From the human T2T-CHM13v2.0 reference genome, Homo sapiens: a DNA stretch of 64,000 nucleotides. Of the stretch, positions 25,901 through 39,880 are shown piece after piece. Below the pieces are notes generated by a model, which did no database searches, had not been told where the DNA came from, and saw nothing but the letters and a program-made list of their open reading frames with translations. A program made the position numbers and the translations under genes. The DNA lies in assembly GCF_009914755.1 (NCBI RefSeq), contig NC_060927.1. One strand, written 5' to 3'. Within the stretch, counting starts at the first letter, position 1. Each line of letters opens with the position of its first letter.

Positions 25901-28900
25901 AAAAAGAAGGGTGATGATCTTTGCTCACAAGAGGAACTCAAGTTTTGCTTCTCCCCCCACCCCGCCTTCCGTCTCTCTTTCTCTCACTCTCTCTCCTCTC
26001 TCTTTCTCACAAGGGAGGGAGAGGATATTTTCTGTGTCTTCTCTGCCCAGCCTTGGAATTAAAAATAATTTACAAGTGGCTCTACATATATAACCAAAAT
26101 GCAACATTCTGTCTAAATATAAGATATGAATTAAATTGCCGCTTGGTATTCAACTTATCTTTCTATATGCATTATAATTGTCTATTTGTGTTTATGCTCC
26201 ACAGCCAAACCTAAGTGGTGCAACTAGCTGGAAGGTTTCCTTTTTTTTTTTTTTTTTTTTTTTAGAATACTCAATACAAAAGAGGTGGGATGATTGGGTA
26301 CTAATTAAACCTAAGTAGTAAGGGACTTAAGGAAAACGAGATTTCTGTATTTCTCCTAATGGGATGAATGTCATGTTCCAATTCCTACTTTATGTAAAAT
26401 CCATTGTACAATATGTAAAATAATTCTCCAAATCTTGATTTCCTCAATTGAAAATGACCCTGAGCATAAACTATAAGTAGAGGAAGGTTTGAATTTCTTG
26501 ATCTTTGGTACTCTTTTGTTCTCTCAGTACGTGGAGTCTTAAATCAGCAGAATAATTTAGGAATGGTAGATATTGAAACAACTAATTTTTCTTTTCTGTA
26601 ATCTGCATAGACTTCAAAATGCCTACAAAGCACAAAGTGCCAGTTCATATAATTTGTTGGCAAGGATAAAAAGAAGAAAGGAAATTATTTCCTAAGCGTG
26701 TGAATCAGCCCAGCTTTAACAGATATTTTTCTGTCATGTGCAGCCTGAGGGCTTATGCCTATCTGAGCTTTATTTGACAATTACCACTTGCCAGCATAAT
26801 TAAATGATAATTTATAAATACTAAGAAAGCATAATGGGGAAGAGCAAATAGGTGCTTATCAGGGCATTGAATAAAGTTGATCTGCTCCAGTGGCAATTTT
26901 CATCTCTTATCTTGGTTGTTAACTGGTCTCACTTTGTATGCGTGTTTTGTTTAGGTTTGATATTTGTTAGGGTGATATTATCTACCTCATATACACCTTT
27001 TCCCTCCATACAAAATTCTAATATTTCTTTTGGTATTCATTTTGCAACCAATGTATTTACAAAATATTGCTTATATTTTAATTCATAATATAAATTTAGG
27101 ATTTAGAATTGCACGTATTACTAGACAAAACCCCAAATAAATAGGAATTTTTCTGTTTGTCTCCCCTTCCCCCCATCTTTTTTCAGTGAATAAGGTCTTT
27201 TCTGTGTTGTGTGTGTTATTTTCTTTTAATCGGTTTTTTAATCACCTGGGCTTTGCAGTTAATTACATTCCACAGAGTCTCTTCATCTATTTCCTAGAAT
27301 GCTGGCAGATTTTTTATAAGTAAGAGAGAAAGCACACATGTAAGCCATGGACTCCGGTGAGGAGGGCTTCCTAATCTTGCAGTGATAAGAATGATACTTT
27401 ATATGCAGCATGGACATTTTGCTATGTTCCTACAGAATATAGAAATTACCCAAAGAAGAATTCTGTAGGGCAGACAGCTTTTGTCCTATCAGTATCTCTT
27501 CTCAAGTTTTCTTACCTATTATAAATATTAGGGCAATCTGTGCAGAAGTTGTGGCGAGGCCTTGGACAGAAACACAGATTTGTCCTGGGTAACCTAGATA
27601 AAGCAGTGCAAGAGCAATCATCTATTTGAATGGAAACAATCAGTAGAATGACAAAAAAAAAAATGAATTTCCATGCTTTTAGAAAAGCAGGTTTGAGGAA
27701 GGCAAATGGGGGAAGAAAGCAAGACACATTAGTGGGTCATGAAGAGACTAAGGTCTCTCTCTCGCTCACTCTCTTTTTTTTTTAGCCATCACAAAATTAA
27801 ATAATTTTAGTAACTACTGATTAGGATTGTGGTGGTTTGAGTGAAGAGTGTGCGAATGGCTTATCAGGAGAATAACAAAATAAAGGGCTTTGGTGTTTAA
27901 AGTTGTCAATTCCTCAAATTATTCAGCATTTTGTCCTTATAAATAGCAATTATTTGCCATTTCAGAGCTGAAAAATTATCTTTCATATTCAAATATTTAA
28001 ATATACAGTGCCGTTACTGGGGCAAAAAAAAAAAAAATCCTAATGTCGGAACCGATTTTTATACAAGGAATAATTTGAAAGTGGTGGATTAGTTTCCACC
28101 TTTTGAAACACAGTGCTTTCTGTAATCTTCAAACATTATTTAGGATAATGGAAGCCATCATCCTGGTTCTCAAATGTTAGCACTTCCATTAGAATTTGCA
28201 GCTACCTCTTATTTTTTATATTAAAATACAAGGCTTAAAAGGTATTATCTTACTAAAGGGGGGCAATTGTAGAGATGATTTGATTGAATAAAGGAAAAAG
28301 CTGTACAGGCCTTTTAAGATCAAGGATGTATTGATGGAAAGCTATCATTAGAGACAATTAATGTTCTCCAAGGGAAGAAATTGATTATGGACAAAGATGG
28401 ACCCTAAGGAGCAGATATGTCTTAATGCCCTAAGGCCTTAAGGATTATACATCTCATTCACAGCATCTGTATTTTAACCCTTTGTTGTAAATAGAATACT
28501 AGCTTATTCTTGCAGTGACATGAATTAAATTTATAAAAAGGACTGTGCCTTGTAAAAGATGCTCATAGTGATTGACTTTTGATTCTTTAAATAATATTAA
28601 AATAATTAAATTCATGGTATCTTTTCTCTATACTGCCCTTTAGAGTAGATCTAGACATAGATTTGTAGAAGAAATAAAATTAGATAGTGATGGCCAGTCT
28701 TCAGCATTATGGGAGTGTGGTAACGCCCAATAATTATGGTTAAAGACGTGTTTTCATTAGGAGCCCCTGAACTTCAGCTGCATTTATGTTTCCAAATAAC
28801 ATATCCCTTTAACTTTGCTTGTCCTTCCTATAGATCTTGTACAAAGCATTCATCATGTTGTTAGCCAGTCCCTAGCAGCCGCAGATCACAATTGGGTACT

Positions 28901-29802
28901 TAATAAGGTGGCAACCCTACTGGGAACATTTCACGTAATTATTCTTAGCAGAAAGAAGATTGTTATGGCTTTTTTTTTTCCTTTTTGAGTCTGGCAAAAT
29001 TCCAGGTGATTTAGTTTGTGCTCCTAAAAACCTGTTATATATCATCGGTGAATTATACTTCATGTGTATGCTGCATCCTCACGTCCCTGCCATGTATATT
29101 GCAGGCCAGCAGACAGTTTCACTGTACAGTTGGTCTCCTCTACCAGCCAGCCCCAGAACCAGTTCCAGAACCAGTCAGTGATGCAAACTGCTTTTTGGCC
29201 GTAGGTTTCGGAGTGTGTCAGTCTGAGCATGCAAGTTCTTTTTGAAATCAGCCTCTCTCAAGACCACTGCACTCTCTCTGATGGTGTATTATGATTATCA
29301 CTAAATGCACATGAGAAACTCACACATGAAGTAGTGAATAACTTATCCAGAGAGCTCTGTGATTTTAAGTACCACTTAAGGGAAAGAGAGTTTAGACCCT
29401 TGGCCCTAACTTTGAGCTTCTAAGTTGAGAAATAACTGGCATTTAGTTAACCAGATCATTAAAGCAGTTTAGACTTCAAGTTCTAACAATTTAAAGCTAT
29501 ACCTTGATTCTCCTGGACCTTAAAGATTATGCATTTCATTCACCATGACTGAATAAGTTTGTCTAAATATTTCAAACAATTTGGAAATAATTATTTTAAA
29601 AAACAGTGGGCAAATAAGCATGATACCTTATATTATGGTGCTACTGGATTGTAAGTTTAATTCTCCCAGCTGCATGGCCAACTAATGTCTCCTCTCACAT
29701 GTGAAGACAAACACCTTTACATGTAAGAAAAGAGTTTCCTAGATGGTTCTTCTTAACAGGAAAAATGGAGCACAGTATATACATAATCTTTCTTTGATTT
29801 AG

Positions 29803-31548
29803 ACCTACGAATAGAACATACAAGGGTTGTGAAGGACCTCTTCAAGGAGAACTACAAACCACTGCTCAAGGAAATAAGAGAGGACACAGATAAATGAAAA
29901 AACATTCCATGCTCATGGATAGGAAGAAGCAATATCATGAAAATGGCCATACTGCCCAAAGTAATTTATAGATTCAATGCTATCCCTGTCAAGCTACCAT
30001 TGACTTTCTTCACAGAATTAGAAAAAAACTACTTTAAATTTCATATGGAATCAAAAAAGAGCCCTTATAGCCAAGACAATCCTAAGCAAAAAGAACAAAG
30101 CTGGAGGCATCACACTACCTGACTTCCAACTATACTACAAGGCTACAGTAACGAAAACAGCATGGTACTAGTACCAAAACAGTTATATAGACCAATGGAA
30201 CAGAACAGAGGCCTCAGAAATAATGCCACACATCTTCAACCATCTGATCTTTGACAAACCTGACAAAAACAAGCAATGGGGGAAGGATTCCCTATTTAAT
30301 AAATGGTGTTGGGAAAACCAGCTAGCCATATGGAGAAAACTGAAACTGGACTCCTTCCTTACACCTTATACAAAAATTAACTTAAGATGGATTAAAGATT
30401 CATACATAAGACCTAAAACCATAAAAACCCTAAAAGAAAACCTAGGCAATACCATTCAGGACATAGGCGTGGGCAAAGACCTCATGACTAAAACACCAAA
30501 AGCAATGGCAATAAAAGCCAAAGTTGACAAATGAGATCTAATTAAACTAAAGAGCATCTGCACAGCAAAAGACACTATCATCAGAGTGAACAGGTAACCT
30601 ACAGAATGGGAGAAAAATTTTGCAATCTATTCATCTGACAAAGGGCTAATATCCAGAATCTACAAGGAACTTAAACAAATTTACAAGAAAAAACAACCCC
30701 ATCAAAAAGTGAGCAAAAGATAAGAACAGACACTTCTCAAAAGAAGACATTTATGCAGTCAACAAACGTATGAAAAAAAAGCATATCATAACTGGTCATT
30801 AGAGAAATGCAAATCAAAGACCACAATGAGATACCATCTCATGCCAGTTAGAATGGCAATCATTAAGAAGTCAGGAAACAACAGATGCTGAAGAGGATGT
30901 GGAGAAATAGGAATGAAGCTGTTTTACACTTTTGGTGGGAATGTAAATTACTTCAACCGTTGAGGAAGACAGTGTGGTGATTCCTCAAGGATCTAGAACT
31001 AGAAATACCATTTGACCTGGCAATCCCATTACTGGGTATACATCCAAAGGATTATAAATCATTCTACTATAAAGACACATGCACACGTATGTTTATTGCA
31101 GCACTATTCACAATAGCAAAGACTTGGAACCAACCCAAATGCCCATCAATGTTAGACTGGATAAAGAAAATGTGGCACACATACACCATGGAATACTATG
31201 CAGCCCTAAAAAAGAATGAGTTCATATCCTTTGCATGGACACGGATGAAGCTGGAAACCATCATTCTCTGCAAACTAACACAGGAACAGAAAACCAAATA
31301 CCACATGTTCTCTGTCATCATTGGGAGTTGAACAATGAGAACATATGGGCACAGGGAGGGGAACATCACACACTGGGGCCTGTTGGGGAGTGGGGGGCAA
31401 GAGGAGGGATAGCATTAGGAGAAATATCTAATTTGGATGACGCGTTTATGGGTGCAGCAAACCACCATGGCACATGTATACCGATGTAACAAACCTGCAC
31501 GTTCTGCACATGTATTCCAGAACTTAAAGTATAATTAAAAAAAAAAGA
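29803..31548 (+). mobile_element. 5'-truncated L1PA7/8-like element (ORF2 C-terminal part, 3' UTR, poly(A)); disrupted
   Basis: ORF fragments [62 protein letters not shown] are L1 ORF2p; stops and frameshifts present. Confidence 0.97.
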
Positions 31549-31739
31549 AAAGAAAGATTATGGCTAATTTTTTATTTAATTTTGAAATTTCCCTTTCCAG
31601 TTCATTTTCCTTTTTGGGGAAGGGCAGAGGTGTTATCTATAATTTTTATTGCCCACATTGCTGCTGAGAAGTGGCATTAAGGCCCTTTTAGAGAGGTAGT
31701 GTAGCTTGTGAAAAGAGTGAGTTTGCAGTAGAAATAGCT

Positions 31740-32150
31740 AAGTAGGGGCTCCAACTAACTACCTGCCTCTGAGGTTTTGAACCCTGATGCCTAGGGAGAT
31801 GGTGGTGCCATTAACAAAAATAAATAAGGAAGGAGAATGAGCTAGGGAGAGGCATATGAAGCTTTTGAGTTTCTGGTCAAAGCCAGGCAGAAATGCCCAG
31901 CAGGCAATTGGAAATGAAGGTATGGAGTTTAGGAGAGAGGTCAAAGTTTATAATACTGATTTGGAGACCTAAAAAAGAATTGAAAGTTAGGAGAAAGAAT
32001 AGTCTAATGCTGTGACTATTAGTAAGTCCAGAGAGAAGAAACTTTCAGGGAGAGAGTAGTCAGTTGCCTTTGATGATCCAGGGAGATCAAGGACAATAAG
32101 AATCTAGAAACAAGGCCATTGGGTTTGATCATTTATAGCTCATTAGTCGG
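31740..32150 (-). mobile_element. L2 relic
   Basis: gatggtggtgccattaac...ggagtttaggagagaggtc. Confidence 0.65.
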
Positions 32151-32154
32151 CTGA

Positions 32155-32375
32155 AAAGTCTGATCTGCTTGAGTTTAAGTCCCAATTATCCAATTACTAA
32201 AGGACATGTGTATCCTTGAGAAAGTTACTTAATTTATCTGGGCCTAAGTTGAACCATTTATAATTTAAGAATACCTCAGTGTACCCCTTAAATTTGTTTT
32301 GAGGATTAAATGAGATAGTCCATGTAAAATGCCTAGATTACTAGGTACCTGTGGAACAGTAGGGGCCATAACCAG
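32155..32375 (+). mobile_element. MIR
   Basis: ccttgagaaagttacttaat...gaggattaaatgagatagtccatgtaaaatgcc. Confidence 0.7.
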
Positions 32376-32499
32376 ATAACTGGGATCAAGACATGATGAG
32401 GGACTAGGAAATAGAAGATTATAAACCACTATTTGGAAGTAGGGAGGTGAGTGGTTGAACAATTTGTGGAGGAACCAGAGATCTGAGCAGCTTAAAGTC

Positions 32500-32705
32500 T
32501 AAAATACATAAAGCACCAGGGACATATTCTGTACCCTTTATATAAAGTAACTCGTTTTGCTTCTTACAACAACCCTGAGGGGTGGTAATATCATTAGAAC
32601 AAAACTGAGGGGTAAAGAAGTAACCTCCTTCAAGATACATAGCCAATAAATGGCTGGGCAGTACCTAGCACCAAGGAATGTCTAACTCATAAGTCTCCTA
32701 TCTGT
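32500..32705 (-). mobile_element. MIR
   Basis: cttacaacaaccctgagg...aaactgagg...aagtaacc. Confidence 0.6.
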
Positions 32706-33293
32706 TTCATAGATCAGTACACATAGAAAGATTAAACTAATTAATTAAGGGACAGAGCCATGATCTGAATCCATGTCTATCCAGTTCTTAGTTATCTACT
32801 TAATAGATAATCCTCCTTTCCAATTCCTGACTATAAAAGCATGGAGAGGAGTTTACAAGGATCAGAAATTTGGGGTCCACTGGCTTCAGGTGGCTCTACT
32901 TAGTCACCAGTGACCTCTGTAGTTGGACCATGTTGGAAGAACTTAATGTAGTCTGTCAGACCTAGGATGTCAGAGTCTGGGAGACATGTGTATTCTTCCT
33001 GAATAAAACCTGTGAAATGGGCCCTAATAAGATCCTACAAACTTGGGTGTTGTAGAGTGAGGATGAGGGAGGATGAATGAGAATGAGCCTTCAGGCTATG
33101 GGGGAGACATCAGAATGTAGTTGTTAAATCTGTGCTGAGGCTGCCACCTGGGGAATAAAATAATAAAAACTGACCCAGATCCAGCACAAATGTGCCTTCT
33201 GTGTTTATGCCTTTCCAGAATTTAGCAAAATAAACTTGTCTCTGCTTTAAATTGAGTATCTCTGAACTATCCTGGAGACTGATTACTGCAGAG

Positions 33294-33481
33294 CAGTGGC
33301 TCTTGGAGTATCTTCTCTGGACCAGCAGCATCAGCATCACCTGGGAAGTTGTTAGAAACGTAGACTGTCTGCCCCACCCCAGACCTGCTAACTCAAACTC
33401 TAGGGGTAGGACCTGCCAGTCTGTGTTTTAATAACACCTGCAGGTGAGATTCTCATGCATGCTGCAGTTTGAGAACCACTG
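33294..33481. mobile_element. MER5A (hAT-Charlie MITE)
   Basis: cagtggctc...ggaccagcagcatcagcatcacctggga...gtttgagaaccactg. Confidence 0.88.
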
Positions 33482-33561
33482 TCTGAATCTAATTTGCTTC
33501 CAAGTTCTTCTGGTGACTAACTAATGCCAAGTGGCCAGATAGATCTGGTTGTGGTATAGAA

Positions 33562-33745
33562 CTGTGGTTCCCAGTCTCAACTGCCATCAGAATCAAATTA
33601 AAAGATTTAGTTCACTGAAAACTGGCTGCCACTCCCAGAAATTCTTATTTAATTGAGCTGGGGTGTGGCCTAAGCATTGAGATTTCTGAAACTCATCCCC
33701 CCATGCCCTCTCCCCACCCCCCCAGTGATTTTAACACACTCTGGT
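33562..33745. mobile_element. MER5B-like element
   Basis: gtggttccca...atcagaatca...ttatttaattgagctggggtgtggcctaagcatt. Confidence 0.65.
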
Positions 33746-33751
33746 CTAAAA

Positions 33752-34250
33752 CAGTGTTTCCCAAACTTTAGTAAAAATCAGAATCTCACGTGGAGAGCCA
33801 GTTAAAAGGCAAATTGGGCCGGGCACGGTGGCTCACGCCTGTAATCCCAGCACTTTGGGAGGCCAAGGTGGGTGGATCATGAGGTCAGGAGATCAAGACC
33901 ATCCTGGCTAACATGGTGAAACCCTGTCTCTACTAAAAATTCAAAAAATTAGCCCAGCGGTGTGGCGGGTGCCTGTAATCCCAGCTACTCGGGAGGCTGA
34001 GGAGGAGAATGGTGTGAACCCTGGAGGTGGAGCTTGTAGTGAGCCGAGATCGCGGCACTGCACTCCAGCCTGGGCGACAGAGCAAGACTCTGCCTCAAAA
34101 AGAAAAAAAAAAAAAGGCTAATTGTTGGGTCCCACCCTCAGGGTTTCTAATTCAGTAGGTTTGAGGTGAGGCCCAAGAATTTGTATTTCCAGTAAGTTTC
34201 CAAGTGATACTGATGCTGCTAGCTTGGGGATCACACTATGAGAATTGCTG
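33752..34250. mobile_element. MER5A, opposite orientation to the 33294 copy, split by AluY
   Basis: cagtgtttcccaaact...[Alu]...cccaccctcagggtttctaattcagtagg...ctgatgctgct...cacactatgagaattgctg. Confidence 0.8.
33817..34111 (+). mobile_element. AluY
   Basis: Y diagnostics (gagatc..gaccatcctggctaac, gaatggtgtgaaccc, gagcttg); TSD aaaaggcaaattg / aaaaggctaattg. Confidence 0.95.
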
Positions 34251-34424
34251 GTGTGGAAGTTAAATATTCATTTTTGGAGGTATGGAGCTGATAATTTCCA
34301 TCGCAAAGCTCCCATTTCTGCTGCCAGGCCTAGGTGAGGGTCTTTGCCAGAGAGTCCTGGCGATGCCTCCATTTATGTATCTCATTGGCAAGAGAGACTT
34401 GGTCTGGAAATACATGTGGCTGTG

Positions 34425-34700
34425 CAGTGCTTCTCAAACATTAATTAGTGTACAGATCACCCAGAGATCTTGCTAATGTAGGTTCTAATTCAGTGGGTCT
34501 GGGGCTGAGCCTGGGGGTCCACATTTCTCACAAGCTCCCTGACAATGCTGATGCTGCCAGTTCATGGACCATGCTGGGTAGCAAGGCACATAAGAAAGTG
34601 TTTCTTAAATTTTTCTGATGATCTCATCTACCTGAAGTGCTTTTACTAGAGATTTTTGGCTTCCCCTGTGACCTACTGAATCATAATGCCCAGGGAAAAC
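34425..34700. mobile_element. MER5A1-like element plus a further MER5-like fragment
   Basis: cagtgcttctcaaac...atttctcacaagctccc...gctgatgctgcc...gggtagcaagg; then agtgtttcttaaa...gacctactgaatca. Confidence 0.7.
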
Positions 34701-34734
34701 AGCCTTACATATATGTATCTGTAAGTGACTTATT

Positions 34735-35100
34735 AATTTATTCAACAAATATTGATTAAACATCTACTTTGTGCAGGTTCCATGCTAGATGTGAACAAAG
34801 TAGATAAGGAGTCCTTTATCTTATGGGGCTTACATTTTAGTTGGAGAAGCAAACAATAACTTATAATAGCGACAATCACCTCAAGGTCCACGAAGCACGG
34901 CCAAGTGTCTGAGTTCTGGGGTGAAGCAGCATTGCACAGGGTGTTCAAGAAAGCGTTTCCAAAGAGGAACCACCCCAGCTGCAGCTTGTTTATGTGAAGG
35001 TCTTGGGTAAGGAGAAGCAAGGGCTCTGAGGATGGACTAAGCTTGGCCGATTGCCTGCAGTTAGGGGTGGGGAGAGGATCAAAGGTAGGAAGATTGAGTG
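34735..35100 (-). mobile_element. L2 relic
   Basis: ttattcaacaaatattgattaaacatctactttgtgcagg is antisense L2 tail. Confidence 0.75.
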
Positions 35101-38100
35101 CCCAGCTGATTTTGATATTTCGTCACATTTGGAGAACACTTCAAAACTCTTTCTTACCAGCTGTCAGAGAATTGAGTCCTGCCCATTTTGAAAACATCAT
35201 CAATCACCCCATCATTGGTCCCTAGAGGAAGAATGTAGAAGCTGTTATACAGTCCCCTAATGGCTGATAAAAAGAAATTGTCTCTGCAATTCATAGGGAT
35301 AAAATTACAATGATTTCTTGCTAATTATTTAACTATGCAGTAGTGATCTTGTACACAGTCAGAAAGTAACAAAAGTATGAAAGAATTCTACTTAGAGAAT
35401 GTTTCTACAACTTTGAGGTTTGTATAGCATAATAAATACTTTTTGGAGGGTTTGTATGATTTTCCAGAAAGCCCAAATGCATGAATAAAAGGAGCAAGAA
35501 AAACAACAAAGAGCCAAGAAAAAAATAAAAAACAAAAAACAAAGCAAAACAAAAAAAGAGGAAGGAATACACGGGGTTTCCTGAGGGAGCAAGTAAGCTC
35601 AAGTGTTTTTAGCGTTAAGTTACAAATTTGTTTTATGACTGCTATTTACATAGATAATAATTTTGAGAGCTTACTTTTTTATATATGCTGCATTTAAAAC
35701 TACCTAAATGGCAGAAGAAAAATAAATAAGAACTCTTTGGGCAGAGGCAGCTTTCACCTGTATTATTTTTTTTCAAGCTGTGTGCACTCCTTAATTACCA
35801 GTTTAAAAAAAAAAAAAACACTTAAGATTGGTAACATATGTTGTTGTCAGCATGTGTTTAGCACCTGCAGAAATGAACATGAAAAATGTGACAGCGCATA
35901 GGTGGAACACCCACTGCATTGACTGTGAACACTGTCAACAAATTTTACTTTGTTAGTTTTTTCTTATTAAAAAAATCTAAGAAAAAAATTTAATAGCACA
36001 GGTGTTCGGAGCATCACAGCAAGACGATATAATGAAGGAGAGGCTATAAACCTTTAGCATGAGAGCCGAGGTCTAGATCTGCACATCTTTAAGCTTTGCC
36101 TCTCACACACTTCACTCTTCTTTTCTTTTCTTTTTTTTAAAAAGCCCCTCTGCATGTTGGAATTGGCAGGCTTGTTTGTCCTGCAAAGCATTTCCTCTCA
36201 GAAGTAACGGTGAGAAGCAGCTCAGGTTCACTCAGTGGAGATCAGCTGACAGGCAGGACCAGGCAAACAGCACCTAAAATAACCATTTTCCAAGGTTGGA
36301 GATGGAGGTGTTTATCTTGCACATTATTTTCTAGTAATGAAGTCCTAATCATTGTGGGTAAGAGGTTTTCTGTCAGCTTCTTCTACAGCAAAGCTTCTAT
36401 GAATATAGGCTCTGTCTTCTGAACTCTTATTTTGGGGTACAGGAAATTTCGTTTGGCTAATGGCATTCCTCAAAATGCAGCGCTATGCAGAGAGCAGGCC
36501 TTACTGAATGATGCTGCAGTTGCTATGCCTTCTCTGGTGTTACTGGTTTGTTCTACTGTAGAATGAGAATGTTGCAAGTTGCTTTCCATAATTTCCTATC
36601 ATTGATTGTTTCATTTCTTAATTCTTAGAACCAATTTCACTCAAAAGGAGTGGGTTATGTATGCTCTTCATTTGCAGAGACATTTCTCCCCAAAATGACT
36701 TTGCCAAAGTTCAAAATAAACACTGGCAGGTGTGTTAATTCCTACTTTGGAAACTTTGAAGTCAACTTGTTTCCACAAAATCTTCCCCATTTTCACACCT
36801 CTTACACTCGTTGTGAGGTCTAATTACTGCTAATCTTCATTCTGGCAGGCTGTAAAAAGAAATTCAGTGACAAAGTATTCCAGTGACCCAAAGTATTCCT
36901 GTGGCACAAAATAGAAAATTTTAAGTTAAGTTTAAGCTCAGCCAGGTCTGTATTTCCTCTCCGACCCAGGGAAAAGGCTCTTGATTGAGTTATGGCTCTC
37001 TGGCTGCGTGGTGTGGGAACTGTTTGCACTTCTCATGGCTGAGAGAAGACCCTGGAAATGACACGTTTTACACCTCTTAGATGAGACTGGGGAACTAGAA
37101 AGCACTTCACTCCCGTCCCTCTGGGACGAAGAATCTGTTTGCAGTAATCACTGGCAGTGTTGACAGAATGTTCAAAACCATCTGCTCAAGGGCAAGTGTT
37201 AACTCTATCAAATCCTAATATTTTAAGCACACTGATCCCTAAGCCCAGGAGACCTCCTGATGGAGCTCTCCTTGGGCTCTGTGTCAGCCTGCCATCAGTT
37301 ATTATCCCGCTGCAGAAAGGCCTGATGCACCAGCCAGAACTCAGTGAGGAGAGGCTGTTAGAATGAGAAATGCAGCAACAGAACGCACTTCATTCAAGTC
37401 TTGTTAGTTATGATGAATCTGAGGCTTTCTGATTCTTTAATACAAGAGTTTCTTTGGAATAATAACTGCACTTTTTGTCTTTAAATGTATTGTGTTAAAT
37501 GAGCATCTTGATTTGTTAGAATCCAGCGTATACCACTTTCAGCATAGATTTGTATAAATTCATGTAGACTTACTGTGCGCACACAATTAGATACAAGTAT
37601 GCTTCCAGCCAGGCATATATCATCATGTTAAAATCCTTTACTAATATTACTTAATAAAACATAAAATTCAGCGGAAAGATTTTTGGTACATTATTCTCCC
37701 AATAATCACCAGTCATCAAGTTGTTTAAACAGGTCAGAATATTTATTTACTTTTAATATACTTAATATACTTTGCTAGCACAATTGCTCCAAAATATTTC
37801 AGAATTAAAACTGATAGAGGAATTGGGGGGAGCATATAGCAGTAAAAATATTCCAAAGTCCAGTGAACCAAAAACACTCCCTTCTCAAAGGAAGCCAGTC
37901 AAAATTTTCTAGGACAGGTTTGAGCCTTTTGCTGCAGGAAGGACACCACTGGAAAAAAAAAAATGCACAGGCCTGAGCCATCTGTGAAAATATCTCCCTA
38001 CTTCTCCATCCTTGTCAGAGACATTTCAGTAAAACCGACATTATCTGTCATAGTGACTTGGGGTGGTTAAAGGAAATACTGAGAAGAAACCTAGCACTAA

Positions 38101-38384
38101 GAGAAACTTCTTAGCCACAATCCCCTAAAAGTTCAAATATGATATTTTAATTTTTAATTTTCTGTTTCTATTTCTGTGTATGTATGAATTTCATCTTATG
38201 CCACTTATTAGGCCAGGCTATTGTAGGTGCTCAATAAATTACATGTTAAGAAAATGGAAATAGGCTTTGCTCTACTATGGTTTTAATGTTATCTGAATTT
38301 ATGTCCCAGATATGCAGAAGAGTAATTAGCAGAGTTCTGGGATTGTAGTCACCACCAGCAAATACAATGCCATCCTCACATAAC

Positions 38385-38941
<557 letters not shown>

Positions 38942-39684
38942 ACTATTTAAATTTTACAGAACTCTAGGAGGCCAAAGAACACAGAGAGGACTGCACATTT
39001 TCTTTCAGAGTCTCATCAAATGCCATTTATTCATTTATTGGTCAGACATTTATTGAGGGTCAAGCACTGTGCTACCCGGAGGAGATAACGGGGATTGACC
39101 TTATAGCTTAGAGCAGTGAAAAATCTGGGGAAGTTATAAAACACCATTGCAGAAAAATGCACAAAGGCACAACATTTGCAATTTTGTTTTGAGGGAAGGG
39201 GCTGTGAGCTACAGGTTTAGAACTTCTGGGAGAGGTTCCGTGTATTAAAACAAGGCAAAACCTATGTAGACATTTAATAAAAATTCTGGGGTAGTACAAG
39301 GGCAGGATTTAGTAACTGCTTGGAGAAGTCAGGAAAATGAATTTTGGAGTGCTGTGCAGTGAACAGACTAAAATCTACCTACAAAGTCCCATCTCACCTA
39401 AAAACCTAATAGATTTACATTTTAATCATTCTGTCTAAAAATGACCATCAAGACTTCTCATCTGACAGTTTCTGATCCTGATTTCCGTGAGAGGATGTAA
39501 TATTTCTATGATTTTATATTTATCTCTGCTATCCAGAAAACATTGTGTGTTGCTCTCAGCATTCCATATTTTATTGTAGTTCTCATTGTAACTGTGTTTC
39601 TGTGTCTTTCTGTGTGTATATGCGGGGGAAGAGAGAGAGAGAGAGAAACTTAGTGAATACTTAAGCACACAAATTTACTAATAA

Positions 39685-39880
39685 TTAGGAGCCTGGTTAA
39701 TAGAAGCACTTAGATCTTCTGGACCTCTTGGATCAGTTTCTTAAAATCTCTGAGCTTTAGTTTCTTCATCTAGACAAGAATACCTATTTCTTAGAGTTAT
39801 TATAAATATTAAGATAATGTTTTTTAAAAGTGCCAATGTTTTTTATCAGGCACATTTTAAAGGCTTAATGAATATTAATT
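39685..39880 (+). mobile_element. MIR fragment
   Basis: atctctgagctttagtttcttcatct...aatacctatttcttagagtt. Confidence 0.6.
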
